Virus record (IMG/VR): IMGVR_UViG_2619619029_000002
Span: 12,785-76,784 of that record
DNA: 64,000 nucleotides
Reading direction: 5' to 3' (one strand)
Source of the DNA: a virus
Taxonomy: Duplodnaviria > Caudoviricetes
Part shown: in pieces, positions 26,148 through 35,097 of the stretch
How positions within the stretch are numbered: position 1 is the first letter of the stretch
Layout of the letters: every line of letters begins with the position of its first letter
Position numbers and translations under genes: made by a program
The notes under the pieces: generated by a model
The model's input: the letters and a program-made list of their open reading frames with translations, nothing else
What the model was told of the DNA's origin: nothing
The model's database searches: none

Positions 26148-26603
26148 CTACTCCCCCAACCAGAAAGAGCGACCGCCGCTCTTCAGCGCTCGAGCGAGGA
26201 ACTCCTCGAATGACGGTGCAATCGGGTCCACCTTCGGGAATGTCTCATGGAAGGCGTCGAACAGAGGGTACCTTGGGGACTTCGGCTCCACGTCGACGAC
26301 GACGTAGTTGGTGTCCTGCATGTCGACCAGGGCATACAGCGACGGTGAGCCGTAGGCGTCTTCGTCGCGGCCGAAGATTGCGACGCGCGCACGTCGAATC
26401 TCCGCCAGCGGGAGAATCCGATAGTCCGCGTCAGGGACAGGCTCGAAGAGCGCCGCTCCATCGCAGTGGAGGTAGAAGGCTCGCAAGTCAGCATCAAGCT
26501 TCCAGCCCACGCGAGCCTCGAATGCCGCGATTTGGGCAGGCGTCGCGGGAGCGTTGGGGAAGTGGTGTCGCGAGACTTCGGCGAGCAGGGAGTCGATGGG
26601 CAT
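26148..26603 (-). CDS. SMI1/KNR4 (SUKH) immunity protein
   Basis: PATPAQIAAFEARVGWKLDADLRAFYLHCDG..IAPSFEEFL. Confidence 0.9.
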   Translation of the reverse strand: MPIDSLLAEVSRHHFPNAPATPAQIAAFEARVGWKLDADLRAFYLHCDGAALFEPVPDADYRILPLAEIRRARVAIFGRDEDAYGSPSLYALVDMQDTNYVVVDVEPKSPRYPLFDAFHETFPKVDPIAPSFEEFLARALKSGGRSFWLGE

Positions 26604-26610
26604 GGCCGCC

Positions 26611-27252
26611 TCAGTCCACGTAGGGCCGCTCCGGCCCCACGGCTCGCCACTTGCCAGCAGCGTCGTAACAAGCCGGGTAGGCGCTGTTGATGACGTGATG
26701 CACGCCGGGCGGCACAGGAATCACATTGTCGGGAGCCAAGGGAGCGCCCCCATGCGCCAAGTCGAAGATGTGGTGGCCAGGCCAATGCGCCGTCTCCGTC
26801 TTCGGCCAGTCCCCGAACTCCGAGCTCCACTGCCTGCGGAACGTCTTCCGCGCGTCCTCCCACGTCTCGCGTCGATGCTTGAGGTCCGACACCTTGGGGT
26901 AGTCGCAGCAGCAGTGGGTGACGGCCAAGCGCCCGCCCGCAGCGGCCGGAAGCGCCATGAAGCGCCCCTGCCAGTCGCCCTTGATGTCCGCGAGCCAGAT
27001 GCAGCCGAGCAGCGGGACGTGCCCCTCGGCCACGCACCGCCGCTCACAGCGCGCCATGAGCGCGGCACTGCACAGCCAGGGTCCGTAGTAGATGGTCGTC
27101 TGCACCGTCCCACCTGCCGGGCTCGGGATGCTCGGGCCCACCCACTTCGCCGAGGGCTTCGCGCCCACGGCGCTGACGGTGGCCGAGCCGCAGCCGCCAA
27201 GGGCGAGCAGCAGGGACACTCTCACGAAGTGCTGGCAGCGCCATGGCTTCAC
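26611..27252 (-). CDS. lipoprotein HNH/colicin-DNase-like toxin (SitA-like)
   Basis: Lipobox LLLALGGC; Cys-rich middle domain; GHHIFDLAHGG...N......HH nuclease motif; SUKH gene follows. Confidence 0.8.
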   Translation of the reverse strand: MKPWRCQHFVRVSLLLALGGCGSATVSAVGAKPSAKWVGPSIPSPAGGTVQTTIYYGPWLCSAALMARCERRCVAEGHVPLLGCIWLADIKGDWQGRFMALPAAAGGRLAVTHCCCDYPKVSDLKHRRETWEDARKTFRRQWSSEFGDWPKTETAHWPGHHIFDLAHGGAPLAPDNVIPVPPGVHHVINSAYPACYDAAGKWRAVGPERPYVD

Positions 27253-27539
27253 GCAAAACGTGATAGCGCAGACAAAGCAGACGCATAAGTCACCGACTCC
27301 ACGGCTGCCGTGGTGGGTAGGGACCAGTGGCAGACGCTGTCCCTACAGCGCCCGGCCGCGGCATCGGACGCGGGGTGCGGTCCATGTCCGCCCTGCTCGC
27401 CACGACTACACCTACTGCACGTGCATTCAGGCACACCCGGAATGTCAGGCCCGCATGTCAGAAGGGCCGATGGCGCCACAACCCAGGCGGTCGCCGCAGG
27501 ACTCGCCAGGAGTGGAGCCTTTCCTTGGAGGGGACACGC

Positions 27540-28373
27540 ATGCCGCACTGCAGGCCCAACGCACTTCAGCCATTCATGTTCGACAACACCCCGGTCCGGA
27601 CCGTCATCGGGCCGGACGGAGAGCCGTGGCTGATGGCCACCGACGTCTGCGCGATCCTTGGTCTTTCCAACCCGCGCGACGCAGTGGGCCGCCTTGACGA
27701 CGATGAAAAGGCGACCGTCGGTAATGCCGACGGTCAGCCTGGACGCGGGGCACAGACGTTCAACATCATCAGCGAGTCCGGTGTCTGGGCGCTCACGATG
27801 CGGAGCCGAAAGCCCGAGGCGAAGCGCTTCCGGAAGTGGGTGACGAAGGAGGTCATCCCGTCCATCCGGAAGACGGGGGCCTACAACCCTTCCATGGCGA
27901 CGGTCCGCCAAGCCGTAGCGGAGCGTTTCCTCCGCGTCGGCCTGGCGCCCTGGATGAAGCGCTTCCCGGACGCATTCTACGAGGAGATTTTCCGACTGCG
28001 AGGCTGGCCGTGGCAGGGGCCAGGCACTCCACGCCCGGGTGTCATTGCCTACTACACCAACGACCTCATCTACGAGAGGCTGGCGCCAGACCTTCTGCGG
28101 ATGCTCCGCGAGCGCAATCCGGTGGATGCCCACACCAAGAAGCGTCCCTCGAAGCACCACCAACACCTGAGCGATGACGTCGGCCATCCGGGCTTGGAAC
28201 GGCACCTGTACTCCGTCATCTGCATCATGCGTAGTTCGTCCACATGGGATGACTTCATGATTCAGATGGACCGCATCCACCCGCGTTGGGGGAACAGCCT
28301 CCTTCTTCCTCTCATGAACGAACTGCTGCTGCCGCAGCCCCAATCGCCCGCCCCCGCGGTCTTTCCATCCTGA
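27540..28373 (+). CDS. BRO-N + P63C domain antirepressor-like protein
   Basis: F.FDNTPVRTV..GEPW..DVC.ILG.SNPRDA..RKPEAKRFRKWVTKEVIPSIRKTG; W.KRFPD.FY.EIFRL..KHHQHL. Confidence 0.9.
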   Translation: MPHCRPNALQPFMFDNTPVRTVIGPDGEPWLMATDVCAILGLSNPRDAVGRLDDDEKATVGNADGQPGRGAQTFNIISESGVWALTMRSRKPEAKRFRKWVTKEVIPSIRKTGAYNPSMATVRQAVAERFLRVGLAPWMKRFPDAFYEEIFRLRGWPWQGPGTPRPGVIAYYTNDLIYERLAPDLLRMLRERNPVDAHTKKRPSKHHQHLSDDVGHPGLERHLYSVICIMRSSSTWDDFMIQMDRIHPRWGNSLLLPLMNELLLPQPQSPAPAVFPS

Positions 28374-28447
28374 GAAATTCTGGCATGGTGGCTCCAGTCC
28401 CCCGACAAGGAGCCACCGTGGCTAGCAATTCCAGGCAGCGGCACAGA

Positions 28448-28954
28448 ATGGACTTCCTTTGGCGCGTTCGCGAGGCGCTGGCACTGCCCTACTCACTCGT
28501 GGTGCGAGGCGGGGTCCTCGTGTGGCGCCGTGACTCGTACATCAGCACCATGCAGTTCACCGACTACGGTGGGCCAAAAGAAATCGACCGGGTCGACGCA
28601 AACGGGACGTGCTTCTCGCCATCAAGGCAGATGCTCCGGCGCCTGGGGTTCGACTCGCGGGTCTCCTATGTCTCTAGAGACCCTCTACAGCGACGCCTTC
28701 AACTCACAGCCACAGTCGAGGAGTTTCCCGCCCTCGCTCCGTGGCTCGCAGACGAGCTCGGCGCCCGGCTCAGCGGCCTGAACCTCCCTCCATGCCCTGT
28801 TCCGCTCAGCGGCATCAGGGGAGACCACAACATCTGGACCAACTCAGCCAGGGCTGACTATGCCGCATGGGCGAAAGAGGAACAGCTCAAGCGCGACCAG
28901 CAGCGCCAACGCCGCCAGACGGCCTTGATGCACTTTGCCCCCGCGACGCATTGA
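28448..28954 (+). CDS. hypothetical protein
   Basis: 168-aa ORF downstream of the BRO gene. Confidence 0.6.
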   Translation: MDFLWRVREALALPYSLVVRGGVLVWRRDSYISTMQFTDYGGPKEIDRVDANGTCFSPSRQMLRRLGFDSRVSYVSRDPLQRRLQLTATVEEFPALAPWLADELGARLSGLNLPPCPVPLSGIRGDHNIWTNSARADYAAWAKEEQLKRDQQRQRRQTALMHFAPATH

Positions 28955-28960
28955 GCCCAC

Positions 28961-28985
28961 TCACCTCGGCCGGTTGACGAAGTCG
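28961..28985 (-). repeat. 25-bp copy of the last codons of the tape-measure gene
   Basis: TCACCTCGGCCGGTTGACGAAGTCG vs TCACCTCCGCCGGTTGACGAAGTCG at 29700-29724 (24/25). Confidence 0.9.
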
Positions 28986-29011
28986 CACCCCAAGCCAGCC
29001 GCATAGGGAAT

Positions 29012-29040
29012 CGGCCCGCCCCAGAACCTCGGGCGGGCCG
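29012..29040. terminator. GC-rich hairpin between convergent genes
   Basis: CGGCCCGCCC-9 nt-GGGCGGGCCG perfect 10-bp stem. Confidence 0.55.
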
Positions 29041-29100
29041 CCGCACGAGAACAGCCTCCGACTCAAGAACTTGAATCGGTCTCGCGCCTCTCAAAACCAC

Positions 29101-29511
29101 TCACAAAGAAACCGAAATAGGCAGCGTATCTCCCCCATCAGGGGACGTGCCGCGCGATTCCCATACGCCCGGGATATAACCAGAGCGGTCTTCGACCGTG
29201 CATGACGACACACCGTAACATGTTTTGCCATTCGACGACCACAGCGGGCCTGCTGGGAAAGCCAACCTGGCTTGCAAATTAATAACAGGCTGAACCGAAT
29301 CACACACAACGGTAGCTGTTGCCCCCACGCTAATGGGACCAGAGGGGCCGGAAATAACATACGGAGGGGTAACGCTCGTTGAGCACCCCGGAACGACCGA
29401 CTGCTCCTGCGCCACATGGCCTTCACCCATCTCCTCAGGCATGTCCGGCCCGCAACCAGCAGCAACAAGCATCGCACTTGCACTCAAAATCAGAACCACT
29501 GGCCTCTTCAT
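29101..29511 (-). CDS. small Cys-containing lipoprotein (moron)
   Basis: AGGAG RBS; MKRPVVLILSASAMLVAAG-C lipobox; lower GC. Confidence 0.75.
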   Translation of the reverse strand: MKRPVVLILSASAMLVAAGCGPDMPEEMGEGHVAQEQSVVPGCSTSVTPPYVISGPSGPISVGATATVVCDSVQPVINLQARLAFPAGPLWSSNGKTCYGVSSCTVEDRSGYIPGVWESRGTSPDGGDTLPISVSL

Positions 29512-29699
29512 GGAGTCTCTCCTTGGTGATCGGGTTGAGGCGTCCAGCATAGACAGCTTACCTGGGGATACCAAAGGCAATGCGATGTCGGAGCAATCGT
29601 TGCGAAATGACCGCCAATTGCCGAGCATCTTCAGCTTGACATTCTAAGCGCCGCGCATGCTCCCATCCGCTAATGAGAAGCTAGAGCGGCTCTCACTCT

Positions 29700-32600
29700 T
29701 CACCTCCGCCGGTTGACGAAGTCGTAGACGAAGCCTCCGGGCCGCATTTCCTCCAGCATTACCCGGCGGACAGCCCCACCCAGGTGCTGGCCCAGGCGCC
29801 GCGACTCCTCCGTCGTGCCAGGCGCTTGGACGTCCGCACTCACCGAGCCGTCCTGATGCACGTGCACGTTCACGTTGATGGGCGGCACGGCGCCGGCCGG
29901 GAACGTGTCGGTGCTCGCCGGCGCGCTCGGCACCACCAGCTTCGCCGCGCCGTCCGCATAGGGCGCGCCGCTCTTCATCACGGCGGGCGCGGACATGTCG
30001 AACGCGGACTTGCCCGCCGCGACGCCTGCTCCTGCAGTGGCTCCTCCCGCGCTGAAGCTCGCCCCCGTTATGCCGCCCAGGAGGGCCGTGGTGCCGATGT
30101 CCACCAGGGCCACGAATGCCTTGTGGGCCAGGAGCCGCGACAGGTCCTTGAGCATTCCGTCAATCATGCCGCGCCAGGTGAACTGCGTGGAGGTGGCGAA
30201 GGTGGTGATGGCGTCTTCCATGTGCTGGGCAGCGAAGCCCACTGCGTCCTGGGCAATGGAGAAACCGTCGCTCATCTGCCGGTGCAGGCGCACCAGTTCC
30301 TTCTGGTACGTCTCCATGCTGATGCGCTCGTCCTGCAACAGCTTGTTCAGCATCTCGACGCGCTTCCGCACCTCCTCCAGTGGGTTGAGCTGCTTCTGGA
30401 GCAGCTCCAGGTCCTTCACCAGTTGAGCCTCCTCCTTCCCCTCCTTCGTCCAGAGGGAGCGGGCCTTCGCGAGCTTTGCTCCATACTCCTCCGCCTTAAT
30501 GGTGCCCGCAGCCAAGCCGGCGTTCAGTGCCTCCACGGCCTTGGCCATTCGGTCCGCGTCAGCGTCCCCGAGTTGCTGATTCAGTTGCTCAAGGGCGCGC
30601 GCGTGCTCCTCCGCCTTTTTCTTGGCTTCCTCGTCGGCCTTCTTCTTCGCCTCAAACGCTGCAATTTTCTCAAGTGCAGCGTCTGCTACTAGCCGCTGCG
30701 CGTAGTTCAGAGATTTGTACTCAGCCGTGAGCTTCTCGGCCCCCTCTCGCGCGAGCCCCAGCGTAGCCGCCTCTTCCTCGAGCTTTGCCAGATACCTCGC
30801 GGCGGACTTCGCCAGTTCCGCCCTGGCCTTTTCCTCGTTCTGGAGGCGCTCCGCCTCCTGTTCACGGGCACGCGCCGTGGCGGCAGCCGCGTCAGCCTCA
30901 CGCTGGTGGGCGCCGGGGTCATAGGCCACAGCCTCCCTAACGCGCGCGAGTGCCTTCTCCAACTCCGCCGAGTCCTGAGTAGCCGACTGCAAGTCCTTGC
31001 GAAGTTCCTTGACGCTTTTGGGCAGGTATCGCGGTTCGAAGTCCTTCACGATCTTGTCGGCGCGAGGGTCCTCGTCATCAACCAGGACGCGATTCAGCAC
31101 GCGGGTCCGGAATTCCGCCTCCTCGGCTTGGAGCCGCTCCTTGATGCTCTTCACACGAGCCTGGTTGAGCTCCGTTTCATGCTTGGCCACCTTCTCGAAG
31201 ACGGCCAGCGCCTGCTCCGCCGTCTTGACCTCATCGGTCATCATGGTCTGGTAGTCGCCACCAAGCGCCGCCAGTTCCTTCCGTGCGATGGACAGCACCT
31301 GAGCAGCCTTCGCTGCATCTGTCGTCGCGCGGGTCTGTTGGAGCAGGTCGGACACAATCGAGGCGCTCTTCCCGACGCTGGTAGCAGCAGCTGTTCCAAG
31401 TTCTCGGGCCTTCACAGCGGCATCCTCTGCCCTGGAGATGTAGGCGGAGATTCCCGCCGTCAGGAGGCCAATCGCGGTGATGGCGACGCCGATGGGCCCA
31501 CCGAGCGCGGCCATAGCCCCCTGGAGCACGCGACCGGCCCCCGCAGCTCCGTACATCGCTTGCGCGGCGCGCACCTGCGCCAGCGCGTTGTCATTCGCGG
31601 CAATCGCGGCCTGGGCATGCGCGGCCCGCATGAAGGGCGCCGTCTGCTGGAGGGACGACTGGCGAGCCTCAAGCTGGACGGCCGCGTTCCGCAATGCAGC
31701 CCGGGAGCTCTCGTTGACTGCCTTGACGTAGCCCGCTTCTGCGAGCGCCGCATTCGTTGTCGCCTGCCGGCTCTGGACCAGTGCCGATGCCTTCGCGGCG
31801 GCGCTCTTCACCCATTCAGCCGCCCATGCGCCGCCTCTGGCTGCCAGGAGAATCCCCACGGCCTGGGCCGTCGCGCCAGCTGAACTCGACAGCGTGGTGA
31901 AGTTGCTGGAGAGCATCTCGATGCCGGGCATCAACTGCGCCAGGAGCCCCTGCCCCACCGCGATTTCGAGGTCGTCGAACTTCGCTTTCAGTTGGTCCAG
32001 GGCGAACTGAGGCGTCTGGGCCATCTTGCTGAAGGCGACCTCGGTGCGTCCTGCTGCCGACTCCATGTTCTTCAACGACGTGGCGAAGTCGCCAGCGCTG
32101 GACCCGGTCAGCGTCATTGCGGGAAGCAGCGCCTCCACACCACCTACAAGCTTGGCCAGCAACTCCGTGCTACCACCCGTTTGGACCTTGAGGTGGTCCA
32201 GGAACCCTGCGAGCCCCCGCGCCTTCAGCCCTGCCGTGTTGAATTCGATGCCGAGGGCACGCGCCAGGTCCCGGGCCTCGTTCGACGGCTTGGCAACCTG
32301 GGCAAGGATGGCTCGCATCCCTTCCATCGCCGTCTCCGTCTTGATGCCGGCCTTCGTGAGTGCAGCGGTCGCGGCAAGCAACTCCTGGAGCGACACGCCC
32401 GTCTGCGAGGCGATGGGCGCCAGCTTGCCGATGTGCCTCGCAATCTGCTCAATGGACGTCTTGCCATCCGCAGCGGAGACGAACATCGCATCGGAGGCCT
32501 CCGTGGCGTCCCGGAGTTGAGAGCCGTAGCTGGCCATGATGGATGTGAGTCCGTCAGCAGCAACCCCCACCTCCGTGACGCCACCAATGGCCAGCTTGTT

Positions 32601-33410
32601 TGAGACGCGAAGCAACTCCGTTGCCTGAGAAGCATCGCTCGCACCGGCGCTCATGACTTCGTAGAGCGCCTTCACCTGCTCCGTAGGGGCTCGTCCAAAC
32701 TCCACCCCCAATTCGCGGGCGCGGTCGGCGAGGGCCCCCATCATGTTGACCTGGTCGCCCTCCAGCAGGGTGCTCACCTGGGCCATGGCCGTATCGAAGG
32801 CAAGCGCCTCTGATGCGGCACTCGTGAGCGAGGCGATTACCGTGGCGATGACAGCGGCAAGCCCGAGGAACGACTTCACTAGGCCGCCGAGCTCCTGCGA
32901 GAGCCGATTGACCGGTTTCTCGACTCCTTCAACTGAGCGTTTGACGTCCTGCACAGACGTCGCGGCTTGGGTGGACTCGACCTGCATCCGTGAGAGATTG
33001 GTGCTGGCCTTCCCCAACTCCCCCATAAAGCGGCTTACAGCAGAGGTGTCCGCGAAGGACGCGTGGAGTTTGACCGCGGCGGCATCCAGTGCCCCGATCC
33101 GCGTCTTGAAGCCGTCCAGACCAGAGGCGTCCTTCAACGCGCCCTGGAACGCGGTCGCTGCGGCCCCCATCGCCTCCATGTCCTTGATGGAGGTCCTCAT
33201 TCGGGCCAGCGCCTGGTTCGTTTCGTTCGCCTCCTTGACCATCCGCGCCAAGCTCTTCGAGTACTGCTCGGTCGCGGTCTCGGTTTTCTTGGTGGCCGTC
33301 TCCGTCTTCTCGGCCGCCGCGCTAAATTTCGTCAGCTCGACGGATCCCGCCTTCGCGTCGGACGTGTCGATACGGACTGAAAGCGTTGCGAGGTCCGTCC
33401 CACCAGACAT
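29700..33410 (-). CDS. tape measure protein (TP901-family core)
   Basis: 1236 aa, Ala-rich helical; ALYEVMSAG..LA.GG.T..A...L..AT.AL.K.G core; follows the G/GT chaperones. Confidence 0.95.
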   Translation of the reverse strand: MSGGTDLATLSVRIDTSDAKAGSVELTKFSAAAEKTETATKKTETATEQYSKSLARMVKEANETNQALARMRTSIKDMEAMGAAATAFQGALKDASGLDGFKTRIGALDAAAVKLHASFADTSAVSRFMGELGKASTNLSRMQVESTQAATSVQDVKRSVEGVEKPVNRLSQELGGLVKSFLGLAAVIATVIASLTSAASEALAFDTAMAQVSTLLEGDQVNMMGALADRARELGVEFGRAPTEQVKALYEVMSAGASDASQATELLRVSNKLAIGGVTEVGVAADGLTSIMASYGSQLRDATEASDAMFVSAADGKTSIEQIARHIGKLAPIASQTGVSLQELLAATAALTKAGIKTETAMEGMRAILAQVAKPSNEARDLARALGIEFNTAGLKARGLAGFLDHLKVQTGGSTELLAKLVGGVEALLPAMTLTGSSAGDFATSLKNMESAAGRTEVAFSKMAQTPQFALDQLKAKFDDLEIAVGQGLLAQLMPGIEMLSSNFTTLSSSAGATAQAVGILLAARGGAWAAEWVKSAAAKASALVQSRQATTNAALAEAGYVKAVNESSRAALRNAAVQLEARQSSLQQTAPFMRAAHAQAAIAANDNALAQVRAAQAMYGAAGAGRVLQGAMAALGGPIGVAITAIGLLTAGISAYISRAEDAAVKARELGTAAATSVGKSASIVSDLLQQTRATTDAAKAAQVLSIARKELAALGGDYQTMMTDEVKTAEQALAVFEKVAKHETELNQARVKSIKERLQAEEAEFRTRVLNRVLVDDEDPRADKIVKDFEPRYLPKSVKELRKDLQSATQDSAELEKALARVREAVAYDPGAHQREADAAAATARAREQEAERLQNEEKARAELAKSAARYLAKLEEEAATLGLAREGAEKLTAEYKSLNYAQRLVADAALEKIAAFEAKKKADEEAKKKAEEHARALEQLNQQLGDADADRMAKAVEALNAGLAAGTIKAEEYGAKLAKARSLWTKEGKEEAQLVKDLELLQKQLNPLEEVRKRVEMLNKLLQDERISMETYQKELVRLHRQMSDGFSIAQDAVGFAAQHMEDAITTFATSTQFTWRGMIDGMLKDLSRLLAHKAFVALVDIGTTALLGGITGASFSAGGATAGAGVAAGKSAFDMSAPAVMKSGAPYADGAAKLVVPSAPASTDTFPAGAVPPINVNVHVHQDGSVSADVQAPGTTEESRRLGQHLGGAVRRVMLEEMRPGGFVYDFVNRRR

Positions 33411-33515
33411 AGGGGTTCCTCTTCACCACCACGTGGTGGCGTAGTACGGCGCTGTAACAGCCTGAACTAACGAGTAGTGGCAGGTCATGGCCTAGATGTG
33501 CTGGCCTGCGGGGCC

Positions 33516-34253
33516 ATGCGTATGCTGCTCGCCATGATGGCCACCGTCGCAAGTACGACCTCCCTCGGCGCTGACTACCGCCCCCTGGCGGCGCTTGCAG
33601 GAGTAGAGGGAGTTGCGGTCTACGTCAGCCTTCCAAGTGCCTTCGCCGAGAAGGGTGAAGCGTCGTTGATGTGGAAGGAGCGCACCGAGAAGCTTCTCGA
33701 ATCGCGTGACGTCCCGCTCGTGCACCCCCGTGAGGGAGTTGACGATCCACCTGTTCTCAACGTTGTCGTTAATGCTGAACCCACCCTCGACGACACCGTG
33801 GTGTCGCTTAATCTCTCGCTGACCCGGCTCATCCCACTCAAGAGCGCAGGCGCCACAGTTCGCATGGAGGCGTGGCGGCAGCATCTGTTGTTTCGCGTGC
33901 CAACGGCGAGGTCTGGCGAAGCAACGTGGGAAACAACCAGTCTATGGGTCCATAAATTTATCACCGACCTCCACGAAGCTCGGAAATTGGCTGATACATT
34001 CGACCCGAAACGCACCTCACGCGAAGGAAGGGCTGTGAGTGACAGTAAAGTGAAAGCCAAGCCAGCGACAGCCCAGAACCAACCGGAGAGCACTGATGAG
34101 CCTCCTATCAAGTACAAGAAGGCGTTTCTAAATGGATGTTCCACGGCAATAGGGATCACTTGCTGCTCCTACCTTGGAGAGAGCTGTGCGTACACGCTGT
34201 GCCAGGACAAGCCGAGACAGGATTGGCGCCAGCAAAGCTGGTCCTGCATGTAG
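33516..34253 (+). CDS. secreted hypothetical protein with Cys-rich C-terminus (moron)
   Basis: Signal-like MRMLLAMMATVASTTSLGA; antisense to the tail operon. Confidence 0.7.
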   Translation: MRMLLAMMATVASTTSLGADYRPLAALAGVEGVAVYVSLPSAFAEKGEASLMWKERTEKLLESRDVPLVHPREGVDDPPVLNVVVNAEPTLDDTVVSLNLSLTRLIPLKSAGATVRMEAWRQHLLFRVPTARSGEATWETTSLWVHKFITDLHEARKLADTFDPKRTSREGRAVSDSKVKAKPATAQNQPESTDEPPIKYKKAFLNGCSTAIGITCCSYLGESCAYTLCQDKPRQDWRQQSWSCM

Positions 34254-34282
34254 CCTTCGACGTACCACCCGTTCGGCCTCCC

Positions 34283-34651
34283 TCACTTCTTCGGCTTCGG
34301 GGTCATCTCCAGGCGGAACGCATCATCGAGTTGCCGGAGAAGGCCCACCTCGACAGACGTGGGCTGTGCCCCGGTGAGGCGCGCCCACGCCTCAATGTCC
34401 TGGTAGCTGATGGGCGCCAGAGAGAAGGCCCCGGGCGCCCGCGAGTTACTCAACTCGCAGAACCACTCCCAGACGTGGGCGAGTGCTTCAGGTAGCTCGT
34501 GCTCCCCCACCAGCTCGGCCGGCACCTCGCCGGTGGACTTGGCCACCTGCTCCAGGTGCGCCCGGAGCGACACCCCGGACGCGTCTTGTTGGCTCAGTCG
34601 GAACTGGTGCTGGGCGAAGCCGAGGAGCTGCTCGGCGACTTCCCGAAAAAA
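34283..34651 (-). CDS. tail assembly chaperone GT extension (gpT-like, -1 frame)
   Basis: FFREVAEQLL..W.WF.ELS..R..APISYQDI.AW..LTG; no start codon of its own needed. Confidence 0.8.
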   Translation of the reverse strand, partial: FFREVAEQLLGFAQHQFRLSQQDASGVSLRAHLEQVAKSTGEVPAELVGEHELPEALAHVWEWFCELSNSRAPGAFSLAPISYQDIEAWARLTGAQPTSVEVGLLRQLDDAFRLEMTPKPKK

Positions 34652-35049
34652 CTGGCGGCGTCCGTGACAGCCTCGTCCACCTGACGGCGCAGCCAGCGGT
34701 GCTCCTCGTACACCCTGCGCGCGTTGTCCTTGGTGAAGGGCAGCGGCTGGCCGTTCTCCATGAAGCCCTCCCACGAGGCCGTGCAGCGCACCAGCAGCTC
34801 CAGCCCGTCCGCGTCGGTGCCCTCCGCGGTGATTTTCGTATTGCGGCCGGAGTGCTGCAGCTTGTGGAGGCGGCGGTTGCGCAGCGCCCGGTCCGCCTCG
34901 CGGTAGGTGGGCGAGTCCACGCCGTGCACCACCACCTTCATGCCCGTCGCGTCGCCGGAGACGGGGTGGAGAATCTCCACGGTGGTGGTGTCGCTGCGCT
35001 GGAGGCTGCCGAGGTCGAGTGCGAGGGAAGTAAGGGACATCGTGCTCAT
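34594..35049 (-). CDS. tail assembly chaperone (gpG-like)
   Basis: Between tube and TMP; VEILHPVSG..GMKVVV.G.DS..Y. Confidence 0.85.
   Translation of the reverse strand: MSTMSLTSLALDLGSLQRSDTTTVEILHPVSGDATGMKVVVHGVDSPTYREADRALRNRRLHKLQHSGRNTKITAEGTDADGLELLVRCTASWEGFMENGQPLPFTKDNARRVYEEHRWLRRQVDEAVTDAASFFGKSPSSSSASPSTSSD
34645..34651 (-). promoter_or_regulatory. programmed -1 ribosomal frameshift site T TTT TTC
   Basis: X XXY YYZ heptamer in frame near the end of the G gene, entering the T frame. Confidence 0.85.
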
Positions 35050-35097
35050 GGCGGTGCTGCTCCTTCTGGGAAGCGGGTGGAGGCGCGGGAGCGCCGG

